A stretch of DNA of 64,000 nucleotides from a plasmid. The stretch lies in sequence record NZ_CP118109.1; one strand, given 5' to 3'. Under the pieces are notes generated by a model. That model did no database searches, was not told where the DNA came from, and worked only from the letters and a program-made list of their open reading frames with translations. Shown piece after piece: positions 35,956-46,023 of the stretch (position 1 is its first letter; each line of letters opens with the position of its first letter). A program made the translations under genes and the position numbers.

Positions 35956-38900
35956 TTAATTTGGAGTTGGATAATCTCTTGGTTCTTTTCTTATTGTAAT
36001 ATCAGATATTTTAGTTTGACCAGGATTTTTTAGAGCAATATCACATACGATGATGGAACGCTTCGAATTGAAGTCAGAAGGATTCAACACAATCGTTTGA
36101 AGTATAGAGCCCGTACCTGCATCTACAATTTCAACTTGCGGTGCTCGATCAAGATCAGAAACATCAACGCCGTAATATTTATCAACTGCTAACGTAAGTG
36201 TTCTGTTTACAAAACCATCCACCGTAATGATTTCCACTTCATTGTTCCAGTGGTCGATTCCACTATTTCGTATATGATCAGCGTAATCGAAGTTGAGATA
36301 AATTTTATTCGCTCCTTCAATATATGATCGATAACTTGGGTAATCAGCATCCACACGGGAACCGTAGAATATATGCTTAGCTTCATCTCTATCAAGGTAT
36401 CCGTGTAGATCCATATCTGATCTCGCATCAGGAGCAGTGCTTGATGGGATGCCCCATCTTAATCTAAAGAGTAAGTCATAGCTGTTTTCGATGCTTCCTT
36501 CATCAGGCGTTGATCCGGGCGGTGGAACTGAGCAATCCACCACATTGATTTTAATTCTCCGCGTTACTATCTTGCCATCTGTACCGGTGGCTGTAATAAC
36601 AACGTATCCAGATAAGAGCTCTCCTGCGTCTTCTGATATCTGGCCAGAAATACTGTTAAGCTGGTTCCCGTAGTCCCCTCTGATATCAAGGTACTGACCA
36701 CCGGTTCCATCGCTAAGCTGCTTTAACGAGAACATTCCTTCTTCCATCGGACCAATGATATTCAAGATCACACCTTTTGCCTTCATAGCACTTATGGTTT
36801 GAGCTGCGGTATAGGCCGACATTTCATCCACTTCTTTATCATGGAAATGTGCATCGGTCACTAAGACAAAGTGCTTCGCGGCATTGTCTCTAAAATCATA
36901 AGTGAGTGCTCCATTTACAGGATCCATAATGGATTCCAGAGCCGATTCTCTTATGTCTCCTCCGCTGGCTAACACAATGGATCTCAGCATGGATTCAAAC
37001 TCTGAAGTGCTTGTAGTCATTGCTGTCTTCGTAGTCGGCTCACCATAGTTTATGTCGCTGTATCGCACACAGCCAAGTCGATAGTTTACGCTGTCATCAT
37101 TCAGCCTTCTGATGAAGTTGTTTACATTGTCTGCTACTGAGGCAATATGTGCTCCCATACTTCCGGAGTAGTCAATCAAGAAGACGATATCTGCAATACC
37201 ACCTTCACTGGTTTCACCCGTTCCGCCTTCTCCGAATGCTCTTGAAGGAATCGTGAAACTAAAGTCTTCGTGAAACGCATTGCCATTTCGTTGATAGAAC
37301 TCTTCTCCATTGAATGTCGCCCTAATCTCAGCAACTTTAGGCGCAATCTCTGCATATCCCCCAATGGTTAATGGGTCTGTATTACAGTGTGTGATCTCTT
37401 CTGGATTAAGTGATGGCACCGTGACTTCAAGAATTGGATCAGCTCCTACCCCTGTTTCCGGGTCAGAGTTATGCTCTGGATCAATGGAGCAGACCTGAGA
37501 AGTAAATAAATCCATGTGCTTGCTTACAATGAAGTCTCCTGTCTTACCGATCACAGGGGCATTGCCGTAGTTTCCTGCATCTACTTCTGCCACCCATGGC
37601 AGCTCATCTAAGTTCTTCGGCCCGCCAGTCATCCAGCCGGTGTTCTTTGCTCCTGCTGTCTTGAAGTTAATATCCGAAGCCCATGCGGTTTTCGAATCAT
37701 CATAGAAGTCTTTGAAGATGATGCCGACTCCCGTTAGGAAGATGTTGTTTGCGCCGGTTGCATTCCGGATCATAAGCGATACGCCTTTATAATAATCCGA
37801 CCATCCTGCAACCAGTGTAACAGGCCCCGCCTTCGTCTCGATCGTCAACTCCTGAGTTACAAGCCATTCCAAAGGCACAATATTCGTCTGCATTTCTTTG
37901 GTCACGTCACTGTAATACTGGAAGATGATCTTATCTAGCATCAAGCAGTCGCGGACTGGATTCTTCTCCGGATCATAATCTGGAACGTTCGGGTTCGTTG
38001 GATCTTCTTCTGGCGAGTCATCATCTTCTGGACGGATAATATCTTTATTGATCGGACATTGATTCGAACTCCAAGCAGAAGGGAATTTGAATTTAACATA
38101 GTCACCTTTCGATCCGATCGATGGGCTTTCCGTATAGCTGCCGCTTGTGAGGATTTGATTCATCCATGAAGTATCTTTACCTGTAGGATCACCAAGCATC
38201 TTCCTGCTGTTCTTTACACCTGCGGTTTCGTAATAGATGTTGGATGCCCAGGCTGTTTTTGCATTATTGTGTTCATCCAAATAATTGACGCCAATCGAGC
38301 TGAGCTGGAATCCGTAGCCACTGCTGTTTCCTCCATCTTTAAACCATGCAGTAATCGTGTCGTCTTCTCCCCATCCGAACATGGCCGTTGCCCCGTCACC
38401 ATTGTTAATTTCATACGGGAGCCAGTCGGCAGGAATATCAAACTTTTTAATGTCTTGAAGATTGGCATCGTAGTATTCCACATGCAGTGTATCGAACATT
38501 AAGCAGTCTCTCACCTTCGGTCCTTCCGGATCAATTGAGCAATCCTTCACTGTGACCGTCATGCTGTCGGATGCCTCGTTACCTTCGCTATCATAAGCCT
38601 TCACTTCAACCACAAAGCTGTCACCTACTTCATGACCAAGCGTTGGGTATCGGAAGTTGAAGGTTTGTTCATAAGGCGAAGCAGCCATCCAGAAAGGACT
38701 ATGGTAGCCATCGATCACAACCGTCTCACTCATTCTTCTGAAGCTTGCCGTGCTCATTACATCAATGGATTCCATGTTCTTAACGTACTTCTCCATGAAT
38801 GCGTATTGCTTAGGGAAGTTGTCTCTCAGGAAACTTGGATTGATAATGTACAATCTGTAAGCTTCAGCGAATCCTTCTGCGGGCTGCGTACATCCATAAG

Positions 38901-40938
38901 CAGTGACAGGTGCTTCTTTTCCGTTGTCTAGCTTCGTTCCCGGATTCGATTTATTTAGCTTGTAGTATTGTCTCATACCCGACCAGTTGATGGAGTCCCA
39001 CCCGCTAATCTCTTGCCATTCTCTGTAGTCGTGCAGGCTCTTACCTATGTCGCTTGCATATTTATGGCCAGCATCAAACTTATAATAGTCCGCCCCGTAG
39101 AATCCAACAGCATGTCCAATCTCATGGATTGCAATCTCTCCTGCAATGTATGGTCGGCATGCGGGCTGATTGTTGTTGAGTGTCTGCAGGTCTGCTGTTC
39201 CTAGCGATCCTACTGGGAGCCAGTAGCTCTTGTATTTGTCCAGCGGCGTCAGCGTGTCGCTCTCATCCCTTGAAGAGTTAGACGTATAATCTGTTGGCCG
39301 GTATGCCATAAGATTGATGACACTGGCATTCAAGGCATCAGGTTCAAAATTAATAAAGGAATAAAATTGCGGCAGCTCCCCATCCTTCGCCCAAGCCGCG
39401 ACACTCGGATTACCTTGAATATCATTGAAGTCGATCCAGTGATAGGTGTACGTATTCGTCTTGGCCACAAGGTCAGACAACGTATCAATAATATCTCCTG
39501 AAAGATATGAGCTTGCACTTGGGAAGAAGAAGCTGATGGCCTTGATCTTATAGGTTGCATAGATGCTGCCCAGCTGAAGCTCCGTCAATCCCGGTAAATT
39601 ACTTACCGCCCACGACTTAAACGTCGACCACGGCTGAGGTAATGTGACTAGTCCTCTTAAGTTGTCTTGATGGAACTTCCATAGATAGGCATGAAAATTC
39701 TGAATACTGATATTGCTTTTGGTATAGATCGTATCTTCTTCAGGAGCAAGCGCTCGTCTAACCTTCTCCATGAAATCAAGCCATTGGTTTCTTCCGGTAA
39801 AGAAGTTAGGCTGTATATTCAGTGGCACGATATTACCTGCAGTAATTTGGACATTCCCGCTAAAGGCTTTATTTCCTGTCCAGTAATCTTGGTTAATACT
39901 TGATGGTGAGATTGAGCCGTCTACAAAATAGCTGATGCTGTTCGGCGTGTTCGGCTCAGTCGGCGTCTCCGGCTCTGTAGGCTCCTCTGTGACGATATCT
40001 TCAAGAGGTGTTCCGTTGACAAGCATAACGACTTTCGTAATTGGATACGGGCCGTCAGCCACTCCAGACACGATTAAATCATCACCATAGCATATCTCTG
40101 TTGTCTTAGGTGTGATGGTGACTTGCAGCTCATCTGGCTGCTCAGGATTAGGATCATCTTTATCTGGAATCCCATCCCCGTCTGTATCTTTATCTGGATC
40201 ATCCTCCTCTTCCCCACAGTTTTCGAATCTCACATAGTCTGTGGTGTGTGTATCTCTTCCTTGGTCCGTATAAACGACAGCAATCAATTGCAGATAAGTT
40301 CTTTCTTTAACTCCCCATTCATCCAATGTTGCCTTTGGTATGACGAGTTCAATGCTCTCTTCAACACTTCCAGGATAGGTGTATTCTTTATAAACAAACT
40401 CTGTTAGCTTGCCACCTTTGTGCCGCATTTTGAATTTGAGAACAATTTTTATAATCTTCTCTTCTTCACTCGCTGTCCAAGCACGCACCTTAACAGGATA
40501 ATCTATTCCTAAGCAGTACTTATCCGGATTGTCTTTTCTTTCAAGGATTCTAATATAGATGCGCCCATTACTCGAGACACCATCACTAGGGTCGTCAGGA
40601 AGATCATCTTCTGGGTCGTCCGTTCCGCCGCCTCCGCCCGGATTGTCAGGATTGCTTCCGCCTCCTGGGTTATCTTCGTCACCCGATCCTCCGCCGCCTC
40701 CTGGATTCTCTGGGTCAGTTGGATTGGTTGGATTCGTCCCACCGCCCCCAGGGTTATCTGGCGCAGACGGATCCGCAGGCTCTGGCGGATAATACGGCGG
40801 ATCAACAACGTCAGAACCGCTGCCGGATTCGCTTGTACTTGCCCTGCGCAGGGAAGCTTCGCTATCGGAAGCCTCCGCGCCAGTGTATGCTTTAATCGTG
40901 AAGCCTTTTAAGAGAGGCGTTTTATTCTTCTGGGTCAT
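35956..40938 (-). CDS. giant virion/tail protein (1660 aa): G/P-rich N-terminal low-complexity region, HExxH zincin metallopeptidase motif, duplicated about 150-aa modules, vWA domain
   Basis: AIHEIGHAVGF at about nt 39112-39126. MIDAS DxSGS (IVFLIDYSGSMG) from about nt 37194. NPGGGG repeats at N-terminus. Internal repeat CSIDPEGPKVRDCLMFD... / ...RDCLMLDKI.... Confidence 0.7.
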   Translation of the reverse strand: MTQKNKTPLLKGFTIKAYTGAEASDSEASLRRASTSESGSGSDVVDPPYYPPEPADPSAPDNPGGGGTNPTNPTDPENPGGGGGSGDEDNPGGGSNPDNPGGGGGTDDPEDDLPDDPSDGVSSNGRIYIRILERKDNPDKYCLGIDYPVKVRAWTASEEEKIIKIVLKFKMRHKGGKLTEFVYKEYTYPGSVEESIELVIPKATLDEWGVKERTYLQLIAVVYTDQGRDTHTTDYVRFENCGEEEDDPDKDTDGDGIPDKDDPNPEQPDELQVTITPKTTEICYGDDLIVSGVADGPYPITKVVMLVNGTPLEDIVTEEPTEPETPTEPNTPNSISYFVDGSISPSSINQDYWTGNKAFSGNVQITAGNIVPLNIQPNFFTGRNQWLDFMEKVRRALAPEEDTIYTKSNISIQNFHAYLWKFHQDNLRGLVTLPQPWSTFKSWAVSNLPGLTELQLGSIYATYKIKAISFFFPSASSYLSGDIIDTLSDLVAKTNTYTYHWIDFNDIQGNPSVAAWAKDGELPQFYSFINFEPDALNASVINLMAYRPTDYTSNSSRDESDTLTPLDKYKSYWLPVGSLGTADLQTLNNNQPACRPYIAGEIAIHEIGHAVGFYGADYYKFDAGHKYASDIGKSLHDYREWQEISGWDSINWSGMRQYYKLNKSNPGTKLDNGKEAPVTAYGCTQPAEGFAEAYRLYIINPSFLRDNFPKQYAFMEKYVKNMESIDVMSTASFRRMSETVVIDGYHSPFWMAASPYEQTFNFRYPTLGHEVGDSFVVEVKAYDSEGNEASDSMTVTVKDCSIDPEGPKVRDCLMFDTLHVEYYDANLQDIKKFDIPADWLPYEINNGDGATAMFGWGEDDTITAWFKDGGNSSGYGFQLSSIGVNYLDEHNNAKTAWASNIYYETAGVKNSRKMLGDPTGKDTSWMNQILTSGSYTESPSIGSKGDYVKFKFPSAWSSNQCPINKDIIRPEDDDSPEEDPTNPNVPDYDPEKNPVRDCLMLDKIIFQYYSDVTKEMQTNIVPLEWLVTQELTIETKAGPVTLVAGWSDYYKGVSLMIRNATGANNIFLTGVGIIFKDFYDDSKTAWASDINFKTAGAKNTGWMTGGPKNLDELPWVAEVDAGNYGNAPVIGKTGDFIVSKHMDLFTSQVCSIDPEHNSDPETGVGADPILEVTVPSLNPEEITHCNTDPLTIGGYAEIAPKVAEIRATFNGEEFYQRNGNAFHEDFSFTIPSRAFGEGGTGETSEGGIADIVFLIDYSGSMGAHIASVADNVNNFIRRLNDDSVNYRLGCVRYSDINYGEPTTKTAMTTSTSEFESMLRSIVLASGGDIRESALESIMDPVNGALTYDFRDNAAKHFVLVTDAHFHDKEVDEMSAYTAAQTISAMKAKGVILNIIGPMEEGMFSLKQLSDGTGGQYLDIRGDYGNQLNSISGQISEDAGELLSGYVVITATGTDGKIVTRRIKINVVDCSVPPPGSTPDEGSIENSYDLLFRLRWGIPSSTAPDARSDMDLHGYLDRDEAKHIFYGSRVDADYPSYRSYIEGANKIYLNFDYADHIRNSGIDHWNNEVEIITVDGFVNRTLTLAVDKYYGVDVSDLDRAPQVEIVDAGTGSILQTIVLNPSDFNSKRSIIVCDIALKNPGQTKISDITIRKEPRDYPTPN

Positions 40939-42770
40939 TCTTCATCCTCCGGTCTTTCGAATAGCATTCTTAATCTGAGACTATATACTGGATATTCTGA
41001 TTCAATATAGCCGGTCTTTGTCGTAAGTGCTTGGCTCGACTTCTCTACCTGCTGCACCGTATATATTTTAGGCGGCGCCTCTTCCCCACCACTGTTATAC
41101 TCTTGATGCTCAAGCGGTGAAATCGGATACCACGTTGCACCATCGTCGATGGAGATAAAGTATTTAATCCATTTATACTCCGTTCCTGGCTGTGCATTTT
41201 CAATCATGAGGGGATTGTCTTCATTTACAGACAGCGTAATCTTCTCAAGCGGCTGTTCAAAGAAATAGGGCTCTGTGACGATCTCTCCGCTTTGTTCATA
41301 CTCATAGGAATAAACGTTAATGTTTCGGATGCCGATAGCGTAGCGCCAGCCCTCGAAGCGCTCTGTGCCGATATCAATCGTCTGCTGTGTGATGCCTCTT
41401 GATAAAGAAGTTATGGCATCATCGAGCACTGGACTTGAAGCGTCTTCGCCTTGAAGCGGATAGTAGGCGCTAACAGACGAATCCTTTACGCTAACTTCAA
41501 CACCGATATCTTGCAGTGCCATGAGCGGGCCTTCCACTCGGGGAAGATAGCCTGGCTTAACCTGCTTGGTTGCGGTATTCATCGCATAGTCGATATCGCT
41601 TCCGGTTTGCTGATTCTGTTCATAGTACTCATGGCCAATATCGGTGTAGTACTTTGTCCGCTGCTCAAACAATACGGAAATGACTTTAGCTGTTCGCGGA
41701 GCAAAATGAAATACATAATCATCATCTTTTTTATTTGACCCGATTACGGATTCTGGCATCCCGCTGCCGTCTGAAATAAGAATGTCTTTTACGATTGCTG
41801 TTCTTGCACCTTGGTTCGGCGGCGTATACATCTCAACATCAATCGCATTTACGGTTGTCGCTTCATTTAGGATGATCTGCATATGAAGCTTCAACACACC
41901 ATTCTCCGGATCTCTTGCCCAATTCAATCTTTGATTTCCATGCACCTGATAAGCGAAGCCTAGATTCTTGGCCACGTTCTGCTTATCATGATCTCGGATA
42001 TTTACCAGCTCGTATTCGAACCATGTATCCGGGTTTCCATCAAGCACGGATCCGTATGCGGCATGGTTGTTCTTACCGCCAACATACTGGTAGGTGTAGT
42101 CATTCTGAGTGTTTCCTCCGCTCACTGTTACCTCATGATTATTGCCAGGGAATCCGTTGGACTCCGTGCCAAGGATGAAGCTGTCGTAAGTCTTGTTTCC
42201 TGGAATGATTGTAACCTGCGCTACCTGACTTAAGTTGATACTATCCGTCTGCGGTAACGTCACAATGCCGTTCTCAATGCTGGCTGCTGTTCCGGTTGTG
42301 CGATCATAATCAATCTTATCGTTATTCAGAAAGTCATTGCGGTGGAACGTGATCTTTCCGTTCGACTGCATATTAGAAGATAGAAGCTGCAGGTCTTTTA
42401 GCTTATCCTGTATCACCCCGAACTGGCTTTGCAGGATGCTGTGCTGTACCATGTTATGATTGAAATCCGTATACAGCGCTCTGCCGATCAGATCAATCTC
42501 CTGATACATAATCTCCATATCTTTTTTAATCTCATCCATCATGCTGTTGTAGTCTTCTGACCATGGCGGCCCGCCTTCGGGAGCAAGACGCAAGACCATC
42601 TGCGGTTGCCCTATCGAAGTGAAGAAACTCTCGAACGCTTGGAAGACGGTCTGTATCAGCTTCGTATTTGTCTTAATGCTTCCATCATCGAATGCGGCTT
42701 TAGCTGCATCGAATTGTGCTTTCGCCTGCTCATACAGGAGCTGCGAATTATTCTTAATAGGTTCACTCAT
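40935..42770 (-). CDS. virion structural protein with discoidin-like motif
   Basis: LDGNPDTWFEY motif. Start trimmed to the ATG at 42770 (MSEPIKNN), which has an AAGAGGTG RBS 5 nt upstream and sits adjacent to the stop of the upstream gene. Confidence 0.5.
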   Translation of the reverse strand: MSEPIKNNSQLLYEQAKAQFDAAKAAFDDGSIKTNTKLIQTVFQAFESFFTSIGQPQMVLRLAPEGGPPWSEDYNSMMDEIKKDMEIMYQEIDLIGRALYTDFNHNMVQHSILQSQFGVIQDKLKDLQLLSSNMQSNGKITFHRNDFLNNDKIDYDRTTGTAASIENGIVTLPQTDSINLSQVAQVTIIPGNKTYDSFILGTESNGFPGNNHEVTVSGGNTQNDYTYQYVGGKNNHAAYGSVLDGNPDTWFEYELVNIRDHDKQNVAKNLGFAYQVHGNQRLNWARDPENGVLKLHMQIILNEATTVNAIDVEMYTPPNQGARTAIVKDILISDGSGMPESVIGSNKKDDDYVFHFAPRTAKVISVLFEQRTKYYTDIGHEYYEQNQQTGSDIDYAMNTATKQVKPGYLPRVEGPLMALQDIGVEVSVKDSSVSAYYPLQGEDASSPVLDDAITSLSRGITQQTIDIGTERFEGWRYAIGIRNINVYSYEYEQSGEIVTEPYFFEQPLEKITLSVNEDNPLMIENAQPGTEYKWIKYFISIDDGATWYPISPLEHQEYNSGGEEAPPKIYTVQQVEKSSQALTTKTGYIESEYPVYSLRLRMLFERPEDEE

Positions 42771-45234
42771 CTCGCACCTCTTGATCATAAGTCTGACAAC
42801 GAATGGACCAGCTATATACGGAAGGTGTAACGCTCTCGTAACCGGCACTATTTCTACGCAGGATCGCTTTTAATCGAACGTCTGTTGTGAGGTAGTAATA
42901 GTCCACCACAATATCTTTCAGCTCTCCATCAAATGTGGAAATAGGGAAGTAAAGGGTGTTGCCAATTTGAGCAAAGTTCCTGCCGTCGTTCTCGTTTTGG
43001 AGCCGGTTCTTATCATAAGTGCCACTAGCATAGTCTGTGATATTCTTGTACTCTGCTCCGCCAACCCGGACGATAACCGGATAATAAAGCTTATCCATGC
43101 TGAGCTGACTGCTGTCTTGTGTGTAGCGGTCATTCTGTGAGTCATAATTGAAGATTTCACTCCGGTAAACGTAAGGGGTATGCTGCAACGTGATCGTGTT
43201 GTTTGCATTCACGCCGTTGAAGTATTCACCTGTTTCCCCTTGTAGGTTGATGTATTGCATTGGCTGCACAGTCTCTGCATCCACGTCAACGTAATAAGCC
43301 TCGCTTACTGGCTTGTAATCTACAGTGTAGATACTGGAAGCAGAATAGAATGATTGTCTGATCCCTATTCTCTTTCCATCATCCGTAATGACATATTGAT
43401 CACCACCGATTGGCACGCCATCCCTCCGGACAGCAACCGTATCTTTGGAGATAACGGGGAAACGGAAGCTGAAGTTAATGGTGTTCTGCAGGAGATAATC
43501 ATCGCCCCCAACTGAGCTGCCTAGTAGGAGTTCACCTCTCACATAATCCTTGTCAGCCGGCATAATAGGATGCCATGCAGTTGGTTCCGGATTCTTTTTG
43601 TAGCTGATGTAGTACTCAACATCCGTGATCCGTGCCTTATCCCCATTCTCTAAATCCATATCATGATGCTTCTCCTCTGTAACAAGGGACATGCGTTTCA
43701 CATTTCCGGACACGGGCAGTCCCTGAGACACGTAGATTGATCTTTGTAAATACTTCCGCCCGGTAATACTGACATTGTATAAGCCATAAAGATAGGATAG
43801 CTTGTTGGCTGCAATATATTGCTGACTCAGTGTGCCTTCATCCACTGTAGCTTGATTCGTATTTGCACTGATCGAACGCAGAGCAAGCATCATAGGGTTT
43901 TGATAGTTACCCATTCTGACCTGCTCCATGGCTGACTTGGCAGCACTTAGAACAGACTTCGCTTTGTCGCCCTGCTTTTCAGCCCACTCTTGAAGCGCTG
44001 TGAGATATTGGCTCCAGCCTGTAAGCTGATTCTTCTTATCGAACTCAGCAATGGTTTCCCCTGGCTCCCGTTGATCGGCAATAGCATCGGTGCCGAGCTG
44101 CATAAGTTCTGCGGAACCTGCAATTTTATTCCACAGCTCCATGTTGTTCTGCTCATCTACATTCACCAGATAGTTTTCTTTTACGTAATTCTCTTGGCGA
44201 AGCAGGATACGAATCTTGGCCACATCGACCGATGGGAATTGGAATGTCATCTGTCCTACAGACTTCTTGCTTCGCTGATGCGGATTCTCATGATTAGGCG
44301 TAACGAGTTTGTAAGTCTTCCCTGCGTAATCGGAAGATTCATATCCATGAATGGCCACAATCTCAAGAGGATAAGAAGCATACGGATCAAGGCTAATCTC
44401 AGATACGGTCGTAATACCGTTCAGCCTAATTTCAAGCTCACACATTGCCCCATCCATCTCATAGCCTTCATAGTCATGTGTCCACAGATCACTGATATTT
44501 TGCGTAATCACATCATCGGCCAGAATGACTTCTGCCCAGAAGGTTTCTTGCGAACCATCTATGGCATTAGATATTGGATGATTATTATTTGTGGCCACTG
44601 TTCCGATCCGGTTCAACACCTGAATCGATGCCAGCTTTCTTCCATAGGGATTCTTAAGCTGGTCTATCGTTTCGAATGAAGCAAGCTGTAGTGAGTCACT
44701 GACAATCTCAGCACTGTATTTGTTATTTAGATATTGGCCATAGCGATCTTTTCTGAGAATTGCAAGCGATGATTCGCTAGTTTCAGTATACTGGGGAGCT
44801 TTGAATTGCTCATGAACCCCTTCCACAAATCCATCGGTATTCTTCATAATCAGTGCTTGCTTTTCAACCTCTGCATTAAGTGCATATATCTTCTTCCGAA
44901 TATCGGAAAGCATTGATCGTGACAACCGTTGATTATCATCCATTAAGCTATCGATCTGATTAGAAGCTTCAAATAATGTGGATAGATCAAAGGCGATCTC
45001 TTCAAGGTTGCTGTTATAACTTTTGGAATCTGTTTTGCCGGTTTGGTGCCGGCCTTGGAAAGTCGGCGTTGCATTTACTGAATCTAATACCTTAAGCAAT
45101 CGTTCAAGCTCAGCTTGAAACTCGGTATCACTCTTGATATATCCCTCTCTTTGCTTTAGCTCCAGAAGCTCCATAAGCTTTTGCTTTTGAGTCTGCGGCA
45201 GTGTAGAAAGGAATTGATCTAAATAGTTACTCAT
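42763..45234 (-). CDS. virion structural protein with discoidin-like motif
   Basis: SNAIDGSQETFWAE motif. 823 aa. Confidence 0.5.
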   Translation of the reverse strand: MSNYLDQFLSTLPQTQKQKLMELLELKQREGYIKSDTEFQAELERLLKVLDSVNATPTFQGRHQTGKTDSKSYNSNLEEIAFDLSTLFEASNQIDSLMDDNQRLSRSMLSDIRKKIYALNAEVEKQALIMKNTDGFVEGVHEQFKAPQYTETSESSLAILRKDRYGQYLNNKYSAEIVSDSLQLASFETIDQLKNPYGRKLASIQVLNRIGTVATNNNHPISNAIDGSQETFWAEVILADDVITQNISDLWTHDYEGYEMDGAMCELEIRLNGITTVSEISLDPYASYPLEIVAIHGYESSDYAGKTYKLVTPNHENPHQRSKKSVGQMTFQFPSVDVAKIRILLRQENYVKENYLVNVDEQNNMELWNKIAGSAELMQLGTDAIADQREPGETIAEFDKKNQLTGWSQYLTALQEWAEKQGDKAKSVLSAAKSAMEQVRMGNYQNPMMLALRSISANTNQATVDEGTLSQQYIAANKLSYLYGLYNVSITGRKYLQRSIYVSQGLPVSGNVKRMSLVTEEKHHDMDLENGDKARITDVEYYISYKKNPEPTAWHPIMPADKDYVRGELLLGSSVGGDDYLLQNTINFSFRFPVISKDTVAVRRDGVPIGGDQYVITDDGKRIGIRQSFYSASSIYTVDYKPVSEAYYVDVDAETVQPMQYINLQGETGEYFNGVNANNTITLQHTPYVYRSEIFNYDSQNDRYTQDSSQLSMDKLYYPVIVRVGGAEYKNITDYASGTYDKNRLQNENDGRNFAQIGNTLYFPISTFDGELKDIVVDYYYLTTDVRLKAILRRNSAGYESVTPSVYSWSIRCQTYDQEVRDE

Positions 45235-45236
45235 CT

Positions 45237-45572
45237 TTATTGTCCGCTCCTTGGTTTAGATGGTCGCCATCCAGGTGGTGGCGGTTTAATAGTGCGACTA
45301 TCCAAATAATCTATATAGCAATTTTCACAGAACGGACCTGACACGAATCCTCTACTACTTTCGTGGTTCCAAGACAATGTATTTGCCCAATGTGATTTTT
45401 TGCAAGTTTTGCACTTCCAGAAGCCAAGCATCCAAAAGAGTAGTTTATAAATAATGACACCAGCCAAAACTACCACTCCTATATTCCAAGAGAACAATAG
45501 CCAAAACAGTGGGACCCTAGTCAAAGCGTTTAACATGCCTCTCCTCCTTTCGTATGTAAAGACAGCCTGCAA
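45237..45572 (-). CDS. small membrane protein with C-terminal zinc-ribbon (CKTCKK...CENCY)
   Basis: 111 aa. Two hydrophobic helices followed by Cys pairs. Embedded in structural operon. Confidence 0.45.
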   Translation of the reverse strand: MQAVFTYERRRGMLNALTRVPLFWLLFSWNIGVVVLAGVIIYKLLFWMLGFWKCKTCKKSHWANTLSWNHESSRGFVSGPFCENCYIDYLDSRTIKPPPPGWRPSKPRSGQ

Positions 45573-45579
45573 GCTGCCT

Positions 45580-46023
45580 TCAATAAATCTCTATAATGAT
45601 GTGCGCGTATTTTCCAGCATACGTTTTCAGGATCGATTCAATATCGTGGTTGCCGATAGTAAAGTTTTCAACTGAATACCCTTCGATCGTATATTCCGAA
45701 TACCCATACCATTCCGTATAGATATCAAGCTCACCGATCGACATCATAATCTGTTTTTCTTCTGCTTCTTCGAGTGAGACTTCTTTGTCACTCAGATGAA
45801 ATCGAAGGAAAACGTTGGGTAGAGAAACGGACATATCCGTATGGTAATCATTTGTTTGGTGTTTGGATTCGTCGTTTCCGGATATCTGAGAAGCAATCGC
45901 TCGGCCGATACTTTCATAAGTGCCATCAAATTTCATCCCGTCTTCGTGATTGTTTAAATATCCTCGCAGGTGTATTCGCTTCTGAATTGTATCTTTCTGG
46001 TATCGGCTCATCAACTCGGTCAT
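45580..46023 (-). CDS. hypothetical protein with MELM-family N-terminus (MTELMSRYQ)
   Basis: 147 aa. AGGGGA RBS. Confidence 0.5.
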   Translation of the reverse strand: MTELMSRYQKDTIQKRIHLRGYLNNHEDGMKFDGTYESIGRAIASQISGNDESKHQTNDYHTDMSVSLPNVFLRFHLSDKEVSLEEAEEKQIMMSIGELDIYTEWYGYSEYTIEGYSVENFTIGNHDIESILKTYAGKYAHIIIEIY

